This document shows positions 1 through 10,640 of a DNA stretch of 26,370 bases, one piece after another (within the stretch, counting starts at the first letter, position 1; every line of letters starts with the position of its first letter). Under the pieces are notes generated by a model that saw only the letters and a list, made by a program, of their open reading frames with translations, did no database searches and was not told the origin of the DNA. The position numbers and the translations under genes are program-made. Origin of the DNA: Octopus sinensis (lineage: Eukaryota); contig NW_021834740.1 of NCBI RefSeq assembly GCF_006345805.1, forward strand, positions 1-26,370. Reading direction: 5' to 3'.

Positions 1-129
1 TATACGTACTATAATATTATATGGTATATGTGTGTGTGTGTGTCGGGGTGTGTGTGTATGATAAAGTCACTGCCGCCTTAGCTCTTACATTGTCTTTACT
101 AATATCTCCATGATAGAGTTAAGAAATCT

Positions 130-223
130 AATCAATCACCCAAAGCTATATGATCAGCGACCTTCCACGAAGGTACACCAATTCGTGGAAGGTTGTTGGT
201 CTTATTTCGCGCTATGATTGATT
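130..223 (+). ncRNA. Candidate pre-miRNA-like RNA hairpin
   Basis: 152-171 (gatcagcgaccttccacgaa) pairs with 182-201 (ttcgtggaaggttgttggtc) over 20 contiguous pairs: 17 Watson-Crick and 3 G-U, with a 10-nt loop. An outer stem aatcaatca 130-138 / tgattgatt 215-223 extends it. The hairpin is seen directly; miRNA status is inference. Confidence 0.45.
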
Positions 224-322
224 GTTATATTTTATTCGTTCACAAAACCTTCGGTGAGCAAGCGTTTTCCACACATTTGCCAAAACAATACATGTAACTA
301 TGCATCGATGTGCATACATGCA

Positions 323-334
323 TACACACACACA

Positions 335-366
<32 letters not shown>

Positions 367-495
367 TATATGTACGTACATATATACGTATATATATAAT
401 ATATGTGCTTGTGTGTGTGATAGATATATATACATATGTATTTAAATGTAAATATGGGTGTGTATATATAAATGCATAAATGTGTGTGCTTGTAT
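323..495. repeat. (CA)n, (TA)n and (TG)n compound microsatellite
   Basis: Direct reading of the sequence. Confidence 0.95.
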
Positions 496-828
496 GTATA
501 AGCAAATCAATAGCATAATACCGCTTTAGTACAGGGTCTGAGGTATGCTTCTAATCGACAAGTGATGCTCACACTACAGAACAATAACTGTCATTTGCAT
601 CTCGAGGCTCATCTTCTCGCCACGAGGAATAATCTATGCGCACGCATTGAAATATATATTATATGCATTACATATAAGTATACATAAAGTGGGAGTGTTA
701 GATAGACAGAAATATGCTTGCTTATGTGCTTGAAGATAGTGTATACATTTATCATTTATGTTCACATGTATGTATACAAGTACATATATATATATATCAA
801 AATAAGTAACAAGGGTATCCAGATGTAA

Positions 829-920
829 TGCAGTACGATCGTTTCATGCGACTCCATTCATTTGAACAATTCAATCATTTCATTACATCAATTTATAATC
901 TAGAGCAATCTTCAGCTGCA
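829..920 (-). ncRNA. Minimal type I hammerhead ribozyme motif (Penelope-like element type)
   Basis: Minus strand reads tgcag-CTGAAGA-ttgctcta...(AT-rich loop)...tggagtcgcat-GAAA-cgatcg-TA-ctgca. Stem I tgcag/ctgca is perfect, both core boxes CUGANGA and GAAA are present, stem III is the palindrome CGATCG, and the cleavage triplet is GUA (cut between 834 and 833). Confidence 0.8.
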
Positions 921-1026
921 CAAAGACATAGAATTTAATTAAATTAGAACAGAAGGATACATTCGTATAATTTTACCTAAAATCTCCAGGAAGTTAAGGA
1001 GATAGACAAAGAACATGTTGTACCAA

Positions 1027-1109
1027 CAACACCATAGTTGTAACAGAGTTACAACTATGATGTTGTATACTTTAGTTAGTATACACATGTGTGTATACTA
1101 ACTAAAGTA
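1027..1109. repeat. Two adjacent near-perfect palindromes
   Basis: 1027-1044 / 1048-1065 (18-bp arms, 1 mismatch, 3-nt spacer) and 1068-1087 / 1090-1109 (20-bp perfect arms, 2-nt spacer). Confidence 0.9.
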
Positions 1110-2050
1110 AATGGCAGACAATATATCGTGTTGAGTTTATACTTGTAGACGGGCAGTATGAGGTTTTGTAGGACCATAACGCAAAATATCACAGAGGGGA
1201 GAGTACTTGCCTTTGATATTCTACAGTCGATATGATTAGTCAAAATAATTAACTGAAGACAACTAACAAGCGGAAAGTAATCTGGTGTAATTATCCTCCC
1301 AATTTTACTTCATTATAAATATTAATTTGTATTTTCTATCTTTTGTAAAGTACTACTTTCTGACTACACACATACACCATAAACTATTCAACGCATGTAA
1401 TGATAAGGTTGGCTGTTTATTCCGACCTTTATAACATCGGTTCCCTTATTACTTGCCACAATCCAAAGTGGTGGAAACTGTCAAGAGAACTGAACAGCTA
1501 AAGCTCTTCAGAGAAAACCACCTACTTCAGGCAAGTGGTTCGGTCCTAAACTTCTTACACTCGAGGGGGCCGGGCCAGGCCGCATCTAGGTTATGACTCC
1601 TGGATACCGTCAGCTGACACTATTTAACCATTCGGATATCGATGTTTTGTGCATTTAAACCGCTTGGAGATTTCAACTAGTTGTAACTCTTGTCCGTTGT
1701 CTCAGCTTTCAAACTAATACCTAAAGAAGAAATAATGTCGGTTGACATGGTAGCCGAAGTTTCTGTACTATTTAGAGGTACATGCTATCAGATGGTAACC
1801 AAAGCAATGAAACGAAATACACCGATATTGATGATTATACCAAAGTTGGTACAATCGACAGCTGGATTATTTTAATTTTAGACCATGGTTTATTATAAAT
1901 ATTTGATGGATTAGACATGTGTTCTTTCGCCTATAAAACTCCGAGTAATTGCTACATAAACATCAGCCATACATCTACGGATAAAAAAACTCTGTATAAT
2001 GTATTGAAATAGATTTTTCGTTCATTTTTACAACCACACAGGTACCAGTT

Positions 2051-2056
<6 letters not shown>

Positions 2057-2087
<31 letters not shown>

Positions 2088-2218
2088 AAGTATGTGTGTG
2101 TATGTAAGTGTGTGTGTGTGTGTATGGAAGTGGGTGGTGTATGTGTGTATGGAAGTGTGTTTGTGTATCTAGAAACGTTTGTGTGCGTATCGAATTGTGT
2201 GTGTGTGTTTGTGTGTGC
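2057..2218. repeat. (TG)n microsatellite, degenerate
   Basis: Direct reading of the sequence. Confidence 0.9.
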
Positions 2219-2374
2219 TATCTCTCGACCTCTTTATGTTTCTGGTTGCATTGGGCGCGAAATGGTTTTCGTTGTGAAGATAATAATACAACTGGTGATG
2301 AATGTTGTCTGGCTGAAGGTGTGGAGGGGGTGGAGTGGGTGAGAGAATAAATGAGTGTGTCGACGGTTTTTCTT

Positions 2375-2416
2375 TTGTTGTTGTTGTTGGCAGCAGCAGC
2401 AGCAGCAGCAGCAGTG

Positions 2417-2498
<82 letters not shown>
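2375..2498. repeat. Compound trinucleotide microsatellite (TTG)n(GCA)n(GTA)n(GAA)n
   Basis: Direct reading; explains the poly-A/V/E/S/T/R ORFs in the track. Confidence 0.97.
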
Positions 2499-2499
<1 letters not shown>

Positions 2500-3193
2500 T
2501 GCTGTTGTCGCAGAAGTGGGAGTAAGATTAGTGCTGATCATTGTGGTAGTGGTGGTGGTGGCACAGGTTGCTATTGTAGTTTAGGTAAAGGCCATCCAAA
2601 TTGAGTTGGATTAGGATCGAAGACATTCCAACCATGGCCAATCCATTTTTTTTCTATGTGTAAGACTACATCCATTTACATATAAACGTTTAGGTGACTG
2701 GGAAAATTGCGGACGATTTGGCTGCTATTTCAGGTAGATGCAGCAACCAAATAGAGGACGACACATTAGTCCACAAGACGGCGCTGGTGCCAATATTGGT
2801 GCTGGTAATGGCTATGAAGGAACTCATCATTTCTGAGAGTTGACGGTTCCTATATATCACACACTGACAGTAGCGGAATGTACATTTGGTTTCTACACAC
2901 CTACCATTTCTTGGAATTACTATTATAGCTCTCGTTGCTGTTGTTGTTGTTGTTACTGTTGCTGCGACATGTTGCTGTTGTTGTTGTTGTTGTTGTTGTG
3001 TTGTTTCTGTCACAGTCTCATCTTGCTATGTGGAGTTATAAGACGAACTGACAGGTAAAAGATAGGAAACGAAGACAAGGAAGAAGGCAATAAATACGGG
3101 AATAGCAAGAAACAAGTCATTTGTGAAGTGTGCAGATTGATGGAGTGAAGCTAATGCGTTTTTACAGCTGTATTTACGAACATGTGCAAATTC

Positions 3194-3440
3194 ATACATA
3201 ACATACATACATACATACATACATACATACATACATACATAATATATATATATATATATATATATATAATTCATACACACACACACATACATACATACAT
3301 ACACACATACATACATACATACATAATACATACATACATACACCATACATACATACATACACACATACATACATACATACATACATACATAATACATACA
3401 CACATACATACATACATACATACATACACACATACATACA

Positions 3441-3513
<73 letters not shown>

Positions 3514-3551
3514 ACTTCATACACACACACACATACATACATACACACACA

Positions 3552-3582
<31 letters not shown>

Positions 3583-3632
3583 CATACATACATACATACA
3601 TACATACATACATACATACATACATACATACA
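3194..3632. repeat. (TACA)n tetranucleotide microsatellite with (TA)n inserts
   Basis: Direct reading; explains the MYVC/HTYI ORFs. Confidence 0.97.
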
Positions 3633-4319
3633 CCCGTTTAGATACATAAACGAGAGAGTCTCAATAAATGAAGTTGGAATTATATTTCGCTTAAAACTTA
3701 GAATTCACCTTTTCACTAATCAAAATTGTTCCCTATAACGGTATCACCGTGCACCAAAATTAATAGAACCACCACTATTAGCACCCCTCCCCATCCCTTG
3801 AACGACTAACACCAACAAAAGCAGTATTAACAAGAGAAGTACCTCCGTCCAAAATATAGGACAACCAAATGATTCAACATTTAGAATACACTCGTGTACT
3901 AGATAACTGAAAGCAACAATAATGCTATCAGCATAACAATGTCTGTAGATACATGTGTTGTATGCCAGCACAACGGTGTGTGGGCATGTGTCTGTGATGT
4001 TGAGAGAGAGCGCGCGCGAGAGTATAGTTTTGTGGCTCAAGGAATATGTGCCTATGAATTTAAAAACCTTTTGAGAAACTGTTTTCAAACAGTACTTCCT
4101 CTAGCCTTACTCCATCACTATTTATTTTTATTCCTCTCCTTACATCCATAGGAATAAGACGACGATTTTTAACTTTCAAAAAATAACACTTTCGTTCCGC
4201 TGTTACGCTTTACTACCTCAATCTATTGGATAATTGTTGATCATAGCCGTTACTGGATTTGCCAACAATTTTAGATGTCTGGTACGTAACCGTCAAATGA
4301 AACTGAAGGCAGTAAAGCA

Positions 4320-4985
4320 TACAGGAAAAGCAAAGGATATTCGACTTGATGATTTAAAAAGGTTTCATGGGAAGGAAAATGTGAGTCACATTGCCATAAC
4401 TTTATAGCTTACAGTAGAAACAATGCGTAACAAGAGACAGAAAATTAATCTAAGTGCTCAACCAGTTACTATATTAAATGCATAGACTATTTTTCCATAG
4501 ATCTTGTATGATGCTTAAAACGGAACGGCTCTTGAGTATATAGATCGTGTGTCAGACTGGCATAGTGTGCCGATAAGGTAAAATTTCGTACGACGATTAG
4601 CGGACAAAACGAAACATGTAATGAAAGAACATTTTCTGGCTAGTAAAGCCTTCTGTGAACGATTTAAAAACCGCCTGAATTGGCACAACATTAAAATGAC
4701 ATGTGCAGATGTCAGTATTGATACAAACGCTTCAACTAATTATCCTGATGAGGGGGAAAAGTACTATGACTAAAGGGAAAAACACACCAAAGGAATTATA
4801 AGATGTTGATGGAACTACACATATTTGGAGGTTCATGCTTTCTACAATTTATATTTCTCCAAGAGCAAAAATATCAACACCAGAATTTAAGTCTTCCAAA
4901 ACTCGTCTGACGATTTGCTGCTTGTGATAAGAAATTAAAATGCCTGCTCGTGAGTCACTCTCACAATCGAAGGGCTTTTAAAGAA
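4320..4985 (+). mobile_element. Degenerate pogo/Tigger-family DDE transposase remnant
   Basis: Hand translation across stops and frameshifts gives RLDDLKRFHGKENVSHIAITL*LTVETMRNKRQKI (Psq-like HTH), MLKTERLLSI*I and FLASKAFCERFKNRLNWHNIKMT (CENP-B HTH, compare FxASxGWFxRFKxR), EL*DVDGTTHIWRFMLSTIYIS...PEFKSSKTRLTI (compare FNxDETGLFWKxMPxRT...GFKxxKDRLT) and KLKCLLVSHSHNRRAFK (compare KLKPLLVYHSENPRAFK). The motifs are in the expected order. Confidence 0.85.
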
Positions 4986-5305
4986 TCTCACAAAATATAA
5001 TCTACATCTGATTTGGTGCTCAAAGAGAAAGGGAATATTAAAAAACTTTTCAAACAGTGATAGCAACCCCGATAGAGCTGGTCAGAACCGTAATCATTTT
5101 TGGTGTTAGCAAGTCTAACAGTGAACGTAACATGTTGCGAGGTCCTACACCAAGCTGTACAAATAGATGATGAACTATAAACATTTAACACCTTAACATA
5201 AGGTAACGTTCATCATCCTCCTACAACCGACATTCCACCAGCACAACCCATCACACTGTAGTCGACATCTTTTGTGGTAAGAACGTACCCTGTTACGATG
5301 ATATT

Positions 5306-5306
<1 letters not shown>

Positions 5307-5361
<55 letters not shown>

Positions 5362-5373
5362 TATTATTATTAT
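5307..5373. repeat. (CAT)n(TAT)n microsatellite
   Basis: Direct reading; abuts the 3' end of the R4/Dong-like fragment. Confidence 0.95.
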
Positions 5374-5712
5374 ATGAAAAATCACAGCTTATTTTGCTAG
5401 TAATGATGGAAAGTGTCAGCTGTCCACAGCCAGTAGACTAAGGTGACACTTGTTTACTGGTCATGCTTCCAGAACCCTACGAAGAATTCTTGCACTTCCA
5501 AGCAATGCCGATTTTTCTAGGTGTTCTACCTTCACAGTTGAACTGATCTTTTCCAGCCATGCTGGTAGTTGAGTGCTGATACTTCCAGTTTCTCCAATTA
5601 CTATTAGCATCACGTCTACTCTCTTCGTTGATCACAACCTTCCTATTTCCCACTTTAAATCGTCGTAGTTGTTTAATTTTTCTTCTTCTTTCACATTGAT
5701 CCTGTTCTTCTT
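5374..5712 (-). mobile_element. 5'-truncated R4/Dong-like non-LTR retrotransposon (restriction-like endonuclease C-terminus plus 3' UTR)
   Basis: Minus strand reads NRINVKEEEKLNNYDDLKWEIGRL*STKRVDVMLIVIGETGSISTQLPAWLEKISSTVKVEHLEKSALLGSARILRRVLEA* (final stop 5461-5463; internal TGA at 5632-5634 is probably a mutated TGG). This matches the REL-domain pattern KExEKxxKYxDL...WxxxxVxVxPIVIGxxG...LxKxALLGTARILRxVL. Both flanks contain TAA-type repeats. Confidence 0.85.
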
Positions 5713-5715
5713 AAT

Positions 5716-5782
5716 ATTATTGTTGTTGTCGTTATTGTTGCTGCTGCTGCTGTTGTTGTTGTTGTTGTGGTTGTTGTTGTTG

Positions 5783-5816
<34 letters not shown>
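5716..5816. repeat. (TTG)n/(CTG)n/(TTA)n compound microsatellite
   Basis: Direct reading of the sequence. Confidence 0.95.
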
Positions 5817-6199
5817 TTCCCTAGTGTATTTCTCTTCAAATATTTCCATGTACACATATTACAGTGTGAATGTTTAGGAATGGTTATTTTCATGTTTAAA
5901 AGTGGTCGTGTTGTTTGTTTCTAGTTGTTTGGAACGCATTCCCGTGTTATACGAAAATCAATCGGAAAACTAATTTGCGTAATGAGATTTCGCTTTACGG
6001 AGTTTCCTGCTTGTAATAGCGGGAGCAGGAGTGCCCACGAAAGGTTGGCATGGCCCGCAGGACGTGCTCCTGGAATCTTAGAACTTTCTAGTTTTGGGAT
6101 GCTCCAGCAATTATCCTTCTGTTTTCTACCTTCATCCATCCTCATTTCTTTGATGAATATTGCTTTTCCCTCTATAGTCTTCATACACAAACAAACTAT

Positions 6200-6690
6200 T
6201 ACAATAATTGAAGCGCTCCAGAAACGAATCACAAACAAAATAGACATGACAGGCGTTAATTACAGGGATCAGCTCAAGAAACTCGGACTCTGTTACCCCT
6301 ACTCCGCCGTGAGCGCTAAAACATTTGTATAGTGTGAGAAATATTCTATCAACATTGCCGGAAAAATCCCAAATAATGTTAGCATCAGCTACAGATTTAT
6401 GCGTTACTTGGTCCCTTAAACATCCGTCCTCTATACAAATCATGTTCGTGTCACACCACAACAATTACACAAAGTAGTTTCACTTTAACTGGCCGTGCAC
6501 TTAAAATATCAACCAAAGACAAAATGAGAAGAAAACTTTCCCATGACAATCAAACTGTTCTTGGACAAATTCCTGCAACAAATAAAACCATTTACAACCG
6601 CACAATAACTCTTTACTCTAATGAGTTGTCCAAAATGTGACTGTAAAAAGATGCTATGAAGAGAGTTATGCCTGGGTCGATACTAGGTGA
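6200..6690 (+). mobile_element. Degenerate CR1-group LINE 3' fragment (ORF2 C-terminus)
   Basis: IEALQKRITNKIDMTGVNYRDQLKKLGL, then frameshifted RRER*NICIV*EIFYQHC, then KLFLDKFLQQI and a NSLL-like end. Matches the CR1 ORF2 tail pattern (LExVQRxxTKxIxGxxxLxYxxRLxxLxLxSLxRRRER...FKxxLDKFL). Confidence 0.8.
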
Positions 6691-6704
6691 AAAATATTTT
6701 TCCA

Positions 6705-6707
6705 CAT

Positions 6708-6781
<74 letters not shown>

Positions 6782-6800
6782 TGTGTGTGTATGTATGTGT
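6705..6800. repeat. (CA)n(TA)n(TG)n microsatellite
   Basis: Direct reading; the CA-TA-TG order makes it quasi-palindromic. Confidence 0.95.
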
Positions 6801-6829
6801 GGGAGTGAGCATGTAGTATGTACACATAA

Positions 6830-7123
6830 AAACTCGATGGAATCCCTCCTCGAAGACAGCGTATGGGTGATCAGATCAGCTGAGCGCCCTACACAGATGG
6901 TTTGTTTATAGTGATAAAAACGCATGTGTTGTACTTGTACATTGGTTCAATCCATGCAACAAATTGTTGTTTGCCTGGACAGGAGGATCACGAATTGATC
7001 GGAGACCTACATGAGATGGAGTGTCTTGCTCAAGAACACAACGCACCATTCGGTCTCGGAATTGAAATCACAGTCACGCGAACGGGATTACAACATCCTA
7101 ACTACCAACCCATACGCCTTCAC
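6830..7123 (-). mobile_element. Diverged tRNA-derived SINE with CORE-like segment
   Basis: Minus strand starts gtgaaggcgtatgggttggtagttagg...gatttcaattccgagacc (decayed A and B boxes), then tgcgttgtgttcttgagcaagacactc (CORE-like). Resembles the head of the 24805-25186 SINE. Confidence 0.7.
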
Positions 7124-7299
7124 GCATATATAATGTGTGTATGTGTGTGTGTATCCCTATATATATATATATATTATATATATATATATATATACACACG
7201 CATAAGGGGTGTTTATGTCAATCCATATAATTGTATTAAGACAGATATTCTCACTTTGTTACGCTTCATTCAAACGCACGCACCTTTCTCTCGAAGAAT

Positions 7300-7627
7300 G
7301 TCTTCTCCTCGCCCTCTTCTCTCTTTCTCTCCATTTCGCCCTTTCTCTCTTTCCCCTCTCTCCCTCTCTCTTTCCTCTCTCTCTTTCTCTCTCTCACCTT
7401 CAATGTCTCTTTCATATTTTCACTCAATTTAGCAATGCAATTATATTTCTTCACAAATTCTCTCATATAATTACTTCTTCACCCCCCCTCCACCACCTTG
7501 TTCCATCCCCTAACCAAAGCATTTCTTTTCTTCTTTCTCTTTCTCTTCTCTCGCCGTATATGTACCTATATGTATCTATATATATATATATATATATATT
7601 ACGTATGTATGCATCTATCTATCTATC

Positions 7628-7658
<31 letters not shown>

Positions 7659-7667
7659 CTATATATA

Positions 7668-7714
<47 letters not shown>

Positions 7715-7770
7715 ACATATATATATGTGTGTGTATATATATATGTGTGTGTGTGTGTGTTTATATGTAT
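7300..7770. repeat. (CT)-rich tract followed by (TA)n/(TG)n microsatellites
   Basis: Direct reading of the sequence. Confidence 0.9.
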
Positions 7771-8116
7771 GAATATACATTTAGACAATCACGTCAAGGA
7801 CGCATACACTTTGCAGAGAGTCACTCGCATGCTTGTGTTTAATTATATTGTGTTTGTGTATAATTATATAATATTAACGTATTAAGATTGTAAGATGTGA
7901 AACTGTACATACTTGCACATCTATGAGTATACATGTGTGTGTATGTGTGTGTGTGTGTAAGTGCGCGCGTGAATGAATCTCTAAATGCTTAGTGACAGCA
8001 CTCTGGTGTCGGTACATGCTAAATGTTCAAAGAATCCCCGTCACATGCAAATATCTTGTACGGTGTTGTATGTGCATCAGTTAAATTCATCAATGCAATT
8101 TATTGCCCAGCATCAC

Positions 8117-8250
8117 TGCTGCCGCTATTGCTGTGGTTATTACATTTGCTGTAGTTGTTGTTGTTGTTGTTGCTGTTGTTACTGTTGTTGTTGTTGTTGT
8201 TGCTGTTGTTGTTGTTTTTGCTGCAACTGTTGCAGTTGCAACTCTTGTTG
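8117..8250. repeat. (TGT/TGC)n degenerate microsatellite
   Basis: Direct reading; source of the poly-Cys ORF. Confidence 0.9.
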
Positions 8251-8561
8251 CAATATGATATGCTGATTTTGCTATATTTGTCAGGTGCGTGTTTGTAAAT
8301 GAGGTAACATAAAGAGGGTTTAGCTTCGTAAATTGTCTTACGATGCTGATGCTGAGAATGGTGGTTGTTTGTTTGTTTTGTTTTATTTGTTTTTGCTTTG
8401 ATAGAAATACTGGTGGTGGTAGTGGTGGTGGGTGTGGAGGGGGTTGTCTTAGCGTTCGTGGTGGTGTTGTCGTCGCTGATATGCAAGAAATATGACCAAA
8501 GATCTTATTTTTCTTTTTTTTTTTTGGTTTTTCGTAATCGTTCCTCTTTTCCGATTTTCAG

Positions 8562-8627
8562 ATCGTGTGGATCTTGCACAACGTTATGGAGTTTCTCCTT
8601 TTTCTCTATTTTTAGAATTACTCGGTG
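8562..8627 (+). CDS. Candidate isolated 66-nt internal exon of an unidentified gene
   Basis: Long pyrimidine tract ending ttttCAG at 8561, donor TG|GTAAGC at 8628, length divisible by 3. Open in phase 1 (xRVDLAQRYGVSPFSLFLELLG) and in phase 2 (SCGSCTTLWSFSFFSIFRITR). No homolog recognised. Confidence 0.35.
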
Positions 8628-8864
8628 GTAAGCTTTGATGAGGAGTTAGCTGGTACTTCTGACCATTCCAACAAACATGTAATGGTTGCCTTCGTAGCTA
8701 TTCTGCCATTCTTACACACACACACACACACACACACATACACACACACACACACATATGTATGTATGTATGTATGTGTTTCTCAAAGATCCAATGTTGG
8801 TACAGAGGTTTCGCAGGTATTTTGAAAGCCAAAAGTAAAGATTAAAGCAGATAGTCAGACAGGA

Positions 8865-9410
8865 AGATATATATATATAGATATATAGATAGATAAATAG
8901 AAGATAGATAGATAGAAAGATAAACAGACAGACAGACAGACAGACGGACAGATGGATAGATAGAAGGATAAATAGATAGATAGGTAGACAGATTCATACA
9001 TACATTAATACACACATGCATACTTACATACATACAAACATACATACACGCATACACACAAACATGCATACATACATACATATATGCGTACGTACAAGCG
9101 TAAATAGATAGGCAGAGAGAAAAAGAGAGGGATACAGATACATAGAATAATATATACATACATGCATACACACATACATACATAAATACATACATACATA
9201 CATACATACATACAAACATTCATACATACATACATTCATACATACATACACACACACACGTACATACATACATACATACGTACGTATATTCATATATACA
9301 TAAACACATACATTCATACATACACACACATACATACATACATACATACATACATACATACATACATACATACATACATACATACATACATACATGTATA
9401 TTTACATACA
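8865..9410. repeat. (GATA/GACA)n followed by (TACA)n microsatellite array
   Basis: Direct reading of the sequence. Confidence 0.95.
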
Positions 9411-9464
9411 TTGACAGTTAGAGAAAACGAAGTGATGAGAAATGAGAAAGACAGAGATAAACCG

Positions 9465-9544
9465 AGTGAGTGAGTGACAGAGAGAGAGAGAGAAAGAGAC
9501 AAACAGAAACAGTTAGAGAGAATAAGCACGTGCGTGACAGAGAG

Positions 9545-9599
<55 letters not shown>

Positions 9600-9600
9600 T
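9465..9600. repeat. (GA)n microsatellite
   Basis: Direct reading of the sequence. Confidence 0.9.
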
Positions 9601-9893
9601 AATGTCAAATAATTTAAAACATGAGAAATTTCGTCGAGTGGATTTTTATAAAAGAGGTTTTGATTTAAGAAACACTGCTGTCTTCATTGTTCGTTGTAAT
9701 TTTGGTTTTTTGTTCTTTTCGATAATACATATTATCGACTATGAATGCCGATACTTTGATACTTGACAACCCGGTCACACACAGTACGATGGAGTGTTTT
9801 AATGCTTAATAATATATATTAGTGAAATGATACAGAGATATACAGTTGAAATGTCAGATGGAGAAGGTCGTAAGTGAAGGAAAAAAGACATTT

Positions 9894-9947
9894 ATAATGA
9901 TGATAATAATAATAATAGTAACAATGATGATGATAATAATGATGATG

Positions 9948-9986
<39 letters not shown>

Positions 9987-9989
9987 GTA

Positions 9990-10028
<39 letters not shown>

Positions 10029-10036
10029 TAATAATG

Positions 10037-10098
<62 letters not shown>

Positions 10099-10290
10099 CA
10101 GAAGTTGAAGAAGACGAAGAAGACGAAGACGCCGCCACCGCCGCCGCCGACGACGACGACTACAAAGAAGAAGAAGAAGAAGACGATGATGATGATGATG
10201 AAATATTGTGAGGGTGGTGGTGGTGGTGGTGCTGGTGCTGGTGCTGGTGCTGGTGCTGGTGCTGCTGCTGGTGGTGGTGGTGGTGCTGGT
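9894..10290. repeat. (TAA)n tract of about 200 bp followed by GAA/GCC/GAC/GAT/GGT and (GGTGCT)n repeats
   Basis: Direct reading of the sequence. Confidence 0.95.
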
Positions 10291-10371
10291 AATAGAAGTC
10301 GTAATGGTTTCTTATATTATAATTGCAAGTACAATGAATAAGGAGTCATAACAAGGAGAAGTTAATGACTA

Positions 10372-10531
10372 TGTGTGTGTATGTGTGTTATGTGTGTGTG
10401 TGAATGCGTACGTATGTATCTGTGTATGTATGTATGTATGTATGTATATATACAGAGAGAGAGAGGGAGAGCAAGAGAGAGTTGTGCGTGTATATGTGTA
10501 TATATGTAAGTATATACATATGTATGTATAT

Positions 10532-10562
<31 letters not shown>

Positions 10563-10590
10563 CATGCATACATATATATATATGTGTGTG

Positions 10591-10638
<48 letters not shown>

Positions 10639-10640
10639 GA
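10372..10640. repeat. Compound TG/TATG/GA/CA/TA microsatellite
   Basis: Direct reading of the sequence. Confidence 0.9.

Noticed and set aside
1247-1292. CTGAAGA (1253-1259) ... GAAA (1273-1276) hammerhead-like core on the plus strand
   Set aside because: No credible stem II, the cleavage position would be G, and stem I does not pair next to the core.
3648-3745. Possible mariner-like terminus (acgagagagtctcaataa)
   Set aside because: Too diverged, and no partner inverted repeat was found.
4744-4762. CTGATGA...GAAA motif
   Set aside because: Lies inside the transposase relic, the boxes are too close for a stem II, and stems I and III are absent.
5921-6247. 108-aa minus-strand ORF of normal composition
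   Set aside because: It partly overlaps the antisense of the CR1 fragment, has no recognisable motif or splice signals, and may be another decayed repeat.
10105-10341. Gly/Ala-repeat ORF resembling a structural protein
   Set aside because: Made of adjacent short microsatellites inside a larger repeat block, with no splice signals or unique coding sequence.
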